A stretch of 64,000 bases of DNA, taken from NCBI RefSeq assembly GCF_004010195.1, contig NC_057719.1:49877713-49941712 (forward strand). The letters are read 5' to 3'. Within the stretch, counting starts at the first letter, position 1; each line of letters starts with the position of its first letter. A model generated the notes under the pieces. That model saw nothing but the letters and a program-made list of their open reading frames with translations, was not told the origin of the DNA and did no database searches. This document shows positions 37,193-48,566 of the stretch, one piece after another. Made by a program: the position numbers and the translations under genes. The stretch comes from Chiloscyllium plagiosum (Eukaryota).

Positions 37193-37754
37193 CAATGAAG
37201 ACTTAATACAGTGGAAGAACATATAGATGGATATTTGTTCATAAGATATTAAAAGGCATGAAGTCTAACACAAAATGCTACAGTTGCTGAAAATCTGAAA
37301 TGTAAAGAAAACATGCTGGAAATACACAGCACATCTTGCAGCATCAGTGGAGAAACAGAATTAAGACCTGAAAATTGAGTGTTCTTTTGTTGGAGAATTG
37401 ATCATTTTGGTTGAAATATATAGCATCCACAGTGAAAGTTAGTTAATCATTCATAATGTCTCTTTTCATAAAGGATTATCATCAACTTGAAATATTAACT
37501 TAGCTGCTCTCTAATTTCTTTCCATCATTTTCTGCTTTTTTTCAGATTTCCAGCATCTGAAGTACTTTGATTTAAGGGCATGGTATCGGGATAAGCATGG
37601 TGATGTGATAGATGTATTTAAATTTTAAAAGTGTGGACATTGGAAGCAGTCTATTTCCAGTAGCCGAAAGATTTACAATGACAGGCCATAATTGCAAGAT
37701 TATGTTTAAGAGAGTTTTAAAAGAAAATGTTGGTAAAGCTACAGTATTACTGCT

Positions 37755-38950
37755 GGAAGAGCACAGCAGTATTACAATATTACTGACCTCATATCCAAAA
37801 CCCCAGGCTAAAGCTCTGAATCCCATTGTGGTAGGTGGTGAAATTTGAAATAATTGTAAAACCGTTGTCGCAGAATTGCTATCATGCTGGTGGAGGCCAT
37901 TCAGCCATCATGTCTATACTAGTTCTATTACCTAGTGCCAATCTCCTGCCTTTTACCCATATTCATGAACACCATTTCTATCTATATCATCATCCAAAGC
38001 CTCAATTGACCCTGCCTCCAACACATTTCCAGATTGTGCATTCAATACCCTAACTACTTGCTGTGTGTAAACGCTTTTTCTCACACCACCTAAGTTCTTT
38101 TGCACATCACTTTAAATCTACGCTCTCGTTTCTTTTCTTTTATGAGCAGAAACAGCTTCTCTTATCCATGCTAGCTGGCCTGCTCGTGATTTTGAAAACC
38201 ATTATCAAAGCTCCATCAGCCTTCTTCCCTCCAAGATGCGCAGTCCCACCTTCTTCAATCTGTCCTTATAACAAAATTTGTCGTCCCTGGAACCATTCTT
38301 GTAAATCATTTCCCTCCAATGCATTCACATCTTTTTTATAATGTAGCACCTGCACTGCACTCAGTGCTCCAGCTGAAACCTAACAGATGCCTTGTAGAAG
38401 TTCAATATCACCACCTTGCTATTGTATCTATGCCCCTATTAATAAAGCTGCAAACTCTGTGTGCTTTAATAAATGCTTTCTCTACCTGTTCCAACGTCAT
38501 CGATGATCTGAGCATATCTACATGCAGGACCCTCTGCTCCGGCACACCCTTTAGAATTATCCTAAAGGTGACAGAAGTTGGTGGGCATTTGGAACGCATT
38601 GCCAGCAGAGGTGATAGAGGCAGGCATGGTAGATTCATTTAAGATGCATCTGGATAAATGCATGAGTAGGTGGGGAGTAAAGGGATACTGATGTTCAGGA
38701 ATTGACTGACAGGTTTAGACAGTACATTTGGATCGGCTCAGGCTTGTAGAGCTGAAGGGCCTGTTCCTGGGCTGTAAGTTTTCTTTGTTCTTTGTTCTCT
38801 TTGTGACAATGTAAGTACTGATGATTGTTGCAAAAACCCATCTGGTTCACTAATGTACTTTGGGGAAGGAAATCTGCCATTCTTTCTGGAATGTCCTATG
38901 TGTGACTCCTAATTCACAGCGATGTGGTAGATTCTTGACTGTTGAGGCCC
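37755..38950 (+). mobile_element. tRNA-derived SINE (same family as 2800-3142), split by CR1 fragments (37870-38540 minus, 38545-38795 plus)
   Basis: Head GGTGGTGAAATTTGAA near 37835; body AAAACCCATCTGGTTCACTAATGT..GGAAGGAAATCTGCCAT resumes near 38830. Confidence 0.55.
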
Positions 38951-40204
38951 TAAATTGAGGAACATTATCTCTTTTTCTGAATCTGACCTCTTTTTCCTCC
39001 GTTAAGTAAAGCCCCTAAAACTCATCTCTTTGACAAAGTTCTTTTTTTAATCACCTCCTCTAATATCTCCTTACATGGCTGGCCATCAAATAGTGGTGGC
39101 TAACATTCGTCGGAAGCCCCTTCAGACTTTTTATTGTTTTAAAGATGATGTATAAAGCCAAGTTATTTATTGGTGCTATGGTAACATGGTGAGCATTTCT
39201 GTGAAATGGTATCACAAGATGGATTTTACAAATAAGCACTTCTAAACCATCAGCTATCAGATGTGGGAGGAAGTTTGTCTGAACTGATAAAAACAGAATG
39301 ACAAAATAAAATTACATTGAGATTGTAAGAGCTGATGAAGCACAATGTCATTTACAAGGGATATAAGTCATAAACAGTTTCTAAACAAACCTTATATTCC
39401 AAACAAATACTGAATATTAATGTTCCATAGATTCTGAAATGCACAGCAAAGCCATTAACATGGATAAGCTGTCAAAGGGAATAGATTGGTTAACATTGTA
39501 TATTTCTGAGCTGAATGCTCTCTTTGTGCAGCATTAAGACATTCATTTGGAAGATATTACTCAAAAAATGATGGACTATTAAATAATAAAGTACACAGCA
39601 TTTTCACTCATAAGTAAGAACAAAGAAGAAAGCTTTCTTATAGCATTAGCCAATCTAAGTTCAGCTGAAATTAGGTGGAGTGCAGCAAGATCAGTGCAGA
39701 GATAGCACAATAGTTTAATTTCCCCAGACAACTCATTTTTACTGAATGTTTCTCTTTAGCAATCAAAACAAGCATTATATTTTTACCATTGGATCATAGC
39801 TGTCAGGCCTCTAAAGCAGCTGTAGCCAAATTTCAGTGAGTCTCAGCAACTGTAGACCCAGCATATTACACAAGTTGCCTCTTTGTAGCCCATCACATGT
39901 GATAGAATGAGAAGGAAAAGTAAGTAGAGAATAAAGCAAAGAAAAATACAAAATGGGTAGAAGGCGATAAAAGTTTGAGTAAAACGAAAACATCATCCCA
40001 ATGTAATGTAGGTGTAAGCAGAGGTAGTAGGAAAGGGGATGCAATTGTGAGGCTGAAACTTAGAAATCAGCTCAGCAGGTCTGAATTTGTGATCGTAACT
40101 GAACTGCAGCAAAATATTTTTACTTGTGGATTTTGTGACACCATGTTACACTGCAGTCATGATGCACACACAACTAACTCAACCTCTGATCTAATTAAAT
40201 GCAA

Positions 40205-42195
40205 TATAGAACATAGAACATTATAGCATAGTACATGCCCTTCAGCCCTCAATATTGCGCCAACCTGTGGAACCAACCTGAAGCCTATCTATCCTACATT
40301 ATTCCATTCTCATCTAGATGTTTATCCAATGAGTATTTAAATGCCCTTAAAGTTGGCAAGTCTACTACTGTTGCAGGCAGTGTGTTTCACACCCCTACTA
40401 CTCTCTGAGTAAAGAAACTACCTCTGACATCTGTCCTATATGTATCTCCCCTCAGCTTATAGCTATGTTCCCTCATGCTAGCCATCACCATCTAAGGAAA
40501 ATGGCTCTCACTGTCCACCCTATCTAACCTTCTGATTATCTTATATGTCTCAATTAAGTCACCTTTCAAACTTCATCTCTCTGATGAAAACAGCCTCAAG
40601 TCCCTCAGTCTTTCCTCAGAAGACCTTCCCTCCATACGAGGTAACATCCTAGTAAATCACCTCTGAACCCTTTCCAAAGCATCCACATCCTTCCTATCAT
40701 GTGGTGACCAGAACTATATGCAATGCTCCAAGTGCGGCCGCACCAGAGTTTTGTACAGCTGCAACATGACCTCATGGCCCCTCAATCCCTCTACCAATAA
40801 AAGCTAACACACCGTATGCCTTCTTAACAACCCTATCAACCTGGGTGGACACTGAGATCCCTCTGTTCATCTACACTGCAAAGAATCTTACCATTAGCCC
40901 AGTACTCTTTATTCTTGTTGTTCCTTCCAACGTGAACCAGCTCACACTTTTCCCCATTAAACCCCATTTGCCACCTCTCAGCCCAGCTCTGTAACTTACC
41001 TATGTCCCTCTGCAACCTGCAACATCCTTTGGCACTATCCACAACTCCACCGAACCTAGTGACATCTGCAAATTTACTAACCCATCCTTCTACACCCTCA
41101 TCCAGGTCATTTATAAAAATGACAAATAGCAGTGAACCCAAACTAGATCCTTGCAGTACACTACTAGGATCTGAACTCCAGGAGGAACATTTCCCAACAA
41201 CCACCACCCTCCGTCTTTTTTCATCAAGCCAATTTCTGATCCAAACTGCTAAATCATCCTCAATCCCCATGCCTCCATACTTTGTGCAATAGCTTACTGC
41301 GAAGAACCTTATCAAATGCCTTACTGAAATCCATATACGCCACATTAACCACTTTACCCTCATCCATCTGTTTGGTCACCATCTCAAAGTACTCAATAAG
41401 GTTTGTGAGGCATGACGTACCCTTCACAAAACCGTGTTGACCATCCTTGATCAATTTATTCCTTTCTGGATAATTATAAATCCTCTCTCTTATAACCTGT
41501 TCCAATACTTTACCCACAACCGAGGTAAGGCTCACAGGTCTATAATTACCAAGGTTGTCTCTACTCCCCTTCTCGAACAAGGAAACATCATTTCCTGTCC
41601 TCCAGCCTTCTTCCACTATTTCTGTAGACAATGACGACATAAATATCAAAGCCAAAGACTGCAATCTCCTCCCTGGCTTCTCAGAGAATCCTAGGATAAA
41701 TCCCATCTGACACAGGGGACTTAGCTATTTTCACACTTTCCAGAATTGCTAACATCTCCTCCTTATTCACCTCAATCCCATCTAGTCTAGTAGACTGTAT
41801 CTCAGTATTCTCCTTGACCACATTGTCTTTTTCCAGTGGGAATACTGATGAAAAACATTCCTTTAGCACTTTTCCTATCTCCTCTGACTCTATGCACAAC
41901 TTCCCATTACTGTCCTTGATTGGTCCTAATCCTACTCTAGTCATTCTTTTATTCCTGATATATATATATGGAAAGCCTTAGGGTTTTCCTTGATCTTACC
42001 TGCCAATGACTTCTCATGTCCAGTCCTGGCTCTTCTTAGCACTCTCTCATTAGGTCCTTCCTGGCTAACTTGTAACTCTCAAGTGCCCTAACTAAGCCTT
42101 CACGTCTTATCCTAACATAAGCCTTCTTTTTCCTCTTGACAAAAGTTTCAACTTCTTTAGTAAACCTCGGCACCCTCACTTGACCACTTTCTCCA
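40205..42195 (-). mobile_element. CR1 LINE 3' ~2 kb
   Basis: ORFs 41681-41944, 41260-41706 (NYRPVSLTSVVGK..QHGFVKG.SCLTNL..YMDFSKAFDKV) and 40836-41363 (QGSSLGSLLFVIFINDLD..SKFAD). Confidence 0.95.
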
Positions 42196-42339
42196 ATTTT
42201 TTTAGAAACAGCAAGGAGAGAGGGAGAGAGGAGTGAGGGCTGCCAAGAGGTAAGTTTCCCACTTAAAAGAGACAGGCCTGGACATATATATCCAGAGGGC
42301 TGGTGCACGAAGGACAAGGGCAGCGCCCACATGAGGGCT

Positions 42340-42692
42340 TGAGCACTGTGGCTCAGTGTTAGCACTGCTGCCTCACAGCGCTAGGGACCTGGATTCAATT
42401 CCAGCCTTGGGCGACTGTATATGTCAAGTTTGCACATTCTCCCTGTGTCTGTGTGGCTTTCCTCCGGGTCCTCCGGTTTCCTCCCACAGTCCAAAGATGT
42501 ATAGGTTAGATGGATTGGTCATGTTAAATTGTTCATTATGTCTAGGGATGTGTAGATTAGGTGGATTAACCACGCGGGAGATACAGGGTTACAGGGATAA
42601 GGTAGGGGATGCTCTTCAGAGAGTTGGTGTGGACTTGTTGGACTGAATGGCCTATTTCCAACTATAGGGATTCTATGATGATTCTATGATTC
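42340..42692 (+). mobile_element. HE1-type V-SINE
   Basis: Head, V-domain and (TTCTATGA)n tail. Confidence 0.85.
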
Positions 42693-42734
42693 ACATTAAG
42701 TGATCAATCACTGGTATTATTGCTGAATGCAGTC

Positions 42735-42862
42735 AGAGTTCTGAAGAAGGGTTACTGGACCTGAAACATTAACTCTGCTTTCTCTCCACAAATGCTGCCA
42801 TACCTGCTGAGTTTCTCCAGCAGTGTCTGTTTTTATTTCAGATTTCCAGCATCTGCAGTTGT
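42735..42862 (+). mobile_element. Solo PLE family B terminus with hammerhead motif
   Basis: CTGAAGA-AGGGTT-ACTG-GACCT-GAAA-CATT at 42741-42770. Similar solos near 15480, 33500, 35360, 37480, 52005 and 63690. Confidence 0.7.
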
Positions 42863-44311
42863 TTTTTGTTCTGAATGTTTTCAAGCATTTTGAATGTCTT
42901 TGGAGTTACACTCATTCCGGTAATTGGAGAGCATCCCATCAAAATTCTGACATGCATCTTATAGATGGTGGACTGTTTCAGGGAGATAGGAGGTGAGTCA
43001 AGCACTGCAGAATTCTCTGCTCTTGTAAGCCACAGTATTTAAGTGATTGGTCCAATCAAGTTCAAGTCAATGGTGTTCATTCAATGGTCAGGGGTAGAGC
43101 AATGGTATCCCTATTAAATGCCAAGGAGAGAAATAGTTGTAAATTAAGATCAAGCTATAACCAATGGCATGAGCAGAGCACATGTCCCACAGGGAGGCCA
43201 AACATTTCGCTTTGGGGTTCATCTCACTCATCTCAATAAGCTACAATATCTGTTGTACTTGGAGAGATAGCACAACCATTTCAATCGGTAAGTCATCAAG
43301 GAATGGAAGGGCAGCTGTGAACAGGACTTATCCAATACTGGAACCAAATGTCAAGAGTGTTGTGGGGCAGAGTCAAGTATAGGTAACATGTGCAAGTTAC
43401 CAATGCTTGTTTTAGGTAGCTGTCATGGTTATGGATTTGGTAGTAGCCAAAACATACAATCCAATAGCTGGCTGTGATATTCTTGTTGCCAAACATATGA
43501 TCATCCATTTAGGATTCATGCAAATGCAACTGAAGTAGACCTCTCTTTATTTGCTGTTTGGTACATTTGAAAAGATCACACCAGAAATCCTGGGTTGATT
43601 ACATAGAGATTAGGTTGACATGAAAGCGCATGTCCATCATCTCACTCTCCGCCCCCCCACCCCCACTCCTCGACTTGAACCATTGCCATTCTGTTTCTGT
43701 TGCTCTCCCATTCACGTTCATACAATCAACATAACATCATGATGGCTGTAGTAGTTGAAGTTTTGCAGTTGGAGTTCTCACATCTGTTTATGATTGGACC
43801 TGCAGGATCTGAAGATCCAATCCTCTAAATGCCTCACAATAAAATGAAACCATACAGCAGCTACTATCTGCAGCCCATCTGCCGTAATTATCCACACACT
43901 GAACCCTGGAGGTTTAGGCAGCAGAGGATGTGTTAAGTGAACTACACAGCAATTTTATAGTTGTTGTTACAAAAGGAGCAGGAATCTGTGTGTTGAAAAG
44001 CAATTTTGCCTTTTCATTAGCTGCAACGCCCAGGAGTCAAGATCATCGGAGGTGATGGATATTTTGAAAGAAAGCAAGGTAGATGACTGTAACAGATGCT
44101 GAGGGAAGGGTTTTGAAAAATGTCTAAACTACTACATACCAATGGCGGAACATTAGTCCAATGCTAGAAGATTGAAGAGGCAAAATGAATAGGAGACGCA
44201 AAGATAGGTAAGATCACAAAATGATTTCAAAATGTGGACAAAAATTGTGATTCTCTTGTGTCTATAAAGCTACTGAAGCTGAGCAAGATTAGATGAAATT
44301 GTTAGTTTTAA

Positions 44312-46541
44312 GTTAAAAATCACACAACACCAGGTTATAGTCCAACAGGTTTAATTGGAAGCACACTAGCTTTCAGAGCGCCACTCCTTCATCAGGTGGT
44401 TGTGGAGGACTTATAGCAAATTTATAGCAAAAGTTTACAATGTGATGTAACTGAAATTATACTTTGAAAGTTTGTTGAGTCTTGATTGTTTGTTGAGTCT
44501 TTCATCTGTTTGAATATCATGATGGTTTCACTTCTTTCATGTGTAAATCACAAAACCTTTTTTTAAAAGTTACATTCTCAGGTTAACTGTAACAATTGGT
44601 GTTAGCCAGAGAATATGTTGAAGGTGTTAGCCCTCTGTGTTCTCTGTCAGTGCTATAATGTTTAGACTGATTCTAATCTAACAAGTGAGTTAGCAGAGTC
44701 TTACATGAATTCATGCAGCTTTTGAGCAAAGTATAATGTAACTCTGCAAGTACAAATTCACCCCACAAACGTATATGTATATATGTGCAAGTATGTGTGT
44801 ATGTGTCAGTCTGTCTGGGGTGGAGGGTTGTGAGTGTGAGAGGGAGTGTAGAGTGTCTAAGTCTGTGAGGGGGTGCATGTGTGAGTGCAATGGTGGTCAC
44901 CTGTAGTGTGACATGAACCCAAGGTCCCGGTTGAGGCCCTCCCTATGGGTACAGACCTTAACTATCAGCCTCTGTTCGCCCACTTTTCGCTGCTGCCAGT
45001 CCCGAAGTCTGCCTTGGAGGATGGTCACCCGAAGGTCCGAGGTTGAATGCCCTGGACCGCTAATGTGTTCTCCGACTGGGAAGGAACCCTCCTGTCTGTT
45101 GATTGTTGTGCAGTGCCCATTCATCTGTTGTCGTAGCCTTTGCTCAGTTTCCCCAATGTACCATGCCGCTGGGCATCCTTGCCTGCAACGTATTAGATAG
45201 ACAACGTTGGCTGAGTCACATGAGTACCTGCCACGTACATGGTGGGAGATCGCCCCATGTGTAATGGTGGTATCTATGTCCACACTCTGACATGTCTTGC
45301 AGCGCCTACCATGACAGAGTTATATGGAGTTGTCCTGAGAGCCGGGCAGCTTGCTATGAACAATGATCTGTTTGAGGTTTGGCTGTTATTTAAAGGCGAG
45401 CAGTTGAGGTGTGGGGAAGGTCTTGGCGAGGTGCTTATCCTCACTGGTAATGTGTTGCAGGTCACGAAGAACAGGGCATAGTTTTTCAGTTCCTGGGAAG
45501 TACTGGACAACAAAGGGTACCCTGTTGGTTGCAGCACATTTCTGTCTCCTGAGGAGGTCATTACGGTTCCTTGCTGTGGCACATTGGAGCTGGTGGTCGA
45601 TGAGTTGAGCATCGTACCCCGTTCTTGTGAGGGCATCCCTGAGTACTTCCAGGTGTCCATCACGTTTCTCATCTGAGCAGATCCGGTGTACACGTAGTGC
45701 TTGTCTATAGGGGATGGCTGTTTTAAAATGTTTTGGGTGGACGCTGGAGAAGTGTAGCATTGTGAGGTTGTCTGTTGGTTTGCGGTAGAGTGTTGTGCTG
45801 AGGTGACCACCATTGCACTCCACACACACTCCTATACACACATACACATGGAGACACATATACACAGACATACACAGAGACACTCACACACACACCCCTA
45901 CGGACACACACACTCACACATGCACCCTCTCACAGACTTAGACACTCTACACTCACATACACACACATATACACTCTCTCTCACATTCACAACCCTCCAC
46001 CCCAGACAGACACACACACATACACATGCACACATATACATATATGTTTGTGGGGTGAATTTGTACTTGCACAGTGACATTATACTTTGCTCAAAAACTG
46101 CATGAATTCATGTAAGACCCTGTTAACTCACTTTTTAGATTAGAATCAGTCTAAACATTATGGCACAGACAGAGAACACAGGGGGCTAACACCTTCAACA
46201 TATTCTCTGGCTAACACCAATTGTTACAGTTAACCTGAGAATGTAACTTTTAAAAAACAGTTTTGTGATTTACACATGAAAGAAGTGAAACTATCATGGT
46301 ATTCGAACAGATGAAAGACTCAACAAACAATCAAGGTATCTTTCAATGTATGATTTCAGTTACACCATACTGTAAACATTTGCTATAAATACTGTAGCTT
46401 ACAATTGTGTCCTCCACAACCACCTGATGAAGGAGCGTCGCTCCGAAAGCTAGAGCTTCCAATTAAACCTGTTGGACTATAACCTAGTGTTGTGTGATTT
46501 TAAATTTGTACACCCCTGTTCAACACCGGCATCTCCAAATC
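44312..46541 (-). mobile_element. Penelope-like element family C with long inverted terminal repeats
   Basis: Minus ORFs 45386-45883 (LYRKPTD..HPKHFKTAIPY.QALRVHRICS) and 44897-45283 (NVVYLIRCRQGCPAAWYIGET, GIY-YIG). Inverted arms about 44312-44885 and 45910-46505. 14-bp TSD ATTGTTAGTTTTAA at 44298-44311 and 46542-46555. Confidence 0.92.
46424..46452 (+). ncRNA. Minimal hammerhead ribozyme motif (PLE family C)
   Basis: CUGAUGA-A-GGAGC-GUC-GCUCC-GAAA-GCUA, with a perfect 5-bp helix II and palindromic AGCU. Sister copy on the minus strand at 44367-44395. Confidence 0.7.
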
Positions 46542-46616
46542 ATTGTTAGTTTTAATGCAGTCTTGTAATTTACAAATGTTAGAAATGAGGTTGCTGTCAG
46601 GGCAGTACTGAAGAAG

Positions 46617-46748
46617 GAGAAAGTGAGCACTGCAGATGCTGGAGATTAGAATCAAAGAGTGTAGTGCTGGAAAAGCACAGATGATCAGGCAGCATCCTGC
46701 TCCTCGGATGCTGCCTGACCTGCTATGCTTTTCTGGGACACACTCACG
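46617..46748. mobile_element. Fold-back PLE terminus insertion, family A, lacking the ribozyme core
   Basis: TCAGGCAGCATCC inverted against GGATGCTGCCTGA. TSD ACTGAAGAAG at 46607-46616 and 46749-46758. Confidence 0.8.
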
Positions 46749-47364
46749 ACTGAAGAAGACCACCAACCAGACAGGTTACAGTAGCAGAAGGAAGAAATTA
46801 AAGAAGTAAGGCATGTGATGTTTCAGAGGTAAGAAAGAGCAGTCTTAGAGTTTGCACAAAGAAGCCAAAATTATGGTCAAGCAGCATGCTAGTATATCTA
46901 TTTTTAAATTGAGATGATAGTTAAAAGGAATAATAACCAAAGGTAGACCTTCTTGTTAACATATAGTTTGTTTTAATAGTGAGCTCCAGAGGTGAGTCCA
47001 TGAAGAATTGCTACACCATCTTACGTGAAGGATAAATTCACTTTCCCACCCATCCCCTCAAAGTGTTACATGTGTCCCTTGCCTTTCAGAGAGTTCACTA
47101 TGAAGGACTCCATGTGTTATGTGTATTCATGTTGCAGTACTCTTGTTGATAAATTATTGAAAACTAACATGCAGATGCAGCAAGTTATCCATCTTTAGGA
47201 AGGCTGATGGAATGTAGTCTTATTTGCAGGAGTATTTGAGTACTGAAGTATTGAAGTATTGCTTCAATGGTATATGAGATTGGTTAGACCCTACCTGGAG
47301 CGCTGCCTGCAATTTTGGTCTCCTTATTTCAGGAAAGATATTATTGCCAAAGAAGGTATGATCA

Positions 47365-47981
47365 TATTATGGTTTTGAGAGCTGTATTTTGTCCTAACTT
47401 TTCTTTTAATGAAGCAAGTTTGAGACAAAGGTGACAAGTGACCTACTTAAAGTCAATGGCTTTTGAGGCCTCGGTTTTTTTAAGTTGGAACAATAGAAGC
47501 AACTTGAATGGGTCAAGCTCCCACAGAACTGGGATTTTTAGTTTTAGCTTTCAGCTGGGGTTTGAAAGCTGGAAATGGAAGTTCTTGTTCCCTTCTCTGT
47601 TACAGCTAAAAGCTGGGGTTCTCTTCCTGTTGCTAGAATTACATGTGAGATGGTGTATATTTTACTGAATTTGCCTTTGCCAAGGGTGTGTTTATTTGCT
47701 GTTACTATATTTGAACAGTTAATTTATAGTAGTTACTATATATTATTTTGTTAAGCTTTTCAGCAGAGATATAGTTAAGCCAATTCTTTTCATTTATTTT
47801 TATTTTGTAGGTTTTTAATTGTAGTATGAAAATAAAGTGTGTTTTGCTTAAAGTTGATACTTTGACCAATCAAATCGCACCTGGAATGCAACACCTTACA
47901 CTTAGCTTTCAAATAATAAAGAGTCAAGGTCTACACTATCTTCTTAATACATTTTGAGAGGATTTCATCTTGTCCATAACA
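47365..47981 (+). mobile_element. Probable solo LTR inserted in an old CR1 (about 47110-48790)
   Basis: Termini TATTATGG..CCATAACA (imperfect inverted), internal AATAAA near 47830, and CR1 sequence resumes on both sides. No clean TSD seen. Confidence 0.45.
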
Positions 47982-48249
47982 AGGGAGTGAAACAAAGATT
48001 CACCAGATGGCAAGACTGTCCTACGATGAGAGATTGGGCAAACCTGGTTTGGATTTTCTAGAGTTTCAAAGAATGAGAGGCGATTGTATTGAAACTTAGA
48101 AAATACGTATAGGGATAGACAGGGAGATGCAGGTTTTCTTGATTGGGGGGCATCTTGAACCAAGGGGCACAATTTAAGAAATGGGGATGCCACATGAGTC
48201 TGAGATGAAAAGAAATTATTTTACTCAGTGTGTTTTTTTTTATTTGGAG

Positions 48250-48566
48250 ATTAGAATTCATTACTTCCAGTGTGGAATCAGGCCCTTCGGCCCAACAAGT
48301 CCACACCGACCCGCCGAAGAGCAACCCACCCAGACCCATTCCCCTATATTTACCCCTTTCACCTAACACTATGGATAATTTAGCATGGCTAATTCACCTA
48401 ACCTGCACATTTTTGGACTGTGGGAGGAAACCAGAGCACCCGGAGGCCATGCCGACACAGGGAGGATGTGCAAACTCCACACAGACAGTTGCCTCAGGTG
48501 GGAATTGAACCTGGGTCACTGGAGCTGTGAGGCAGCAGTGCTAACCACTGTGCCACCGTGCCGCCC
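48250..48566 (-). mobile_element. HE1-type V-SINE
   Basis: Full head GGGCGGCACGGTGGCACAGTGGTTAGCA and B-box GGTTCAATTCC on the minus strand. Confidence 0.92.
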
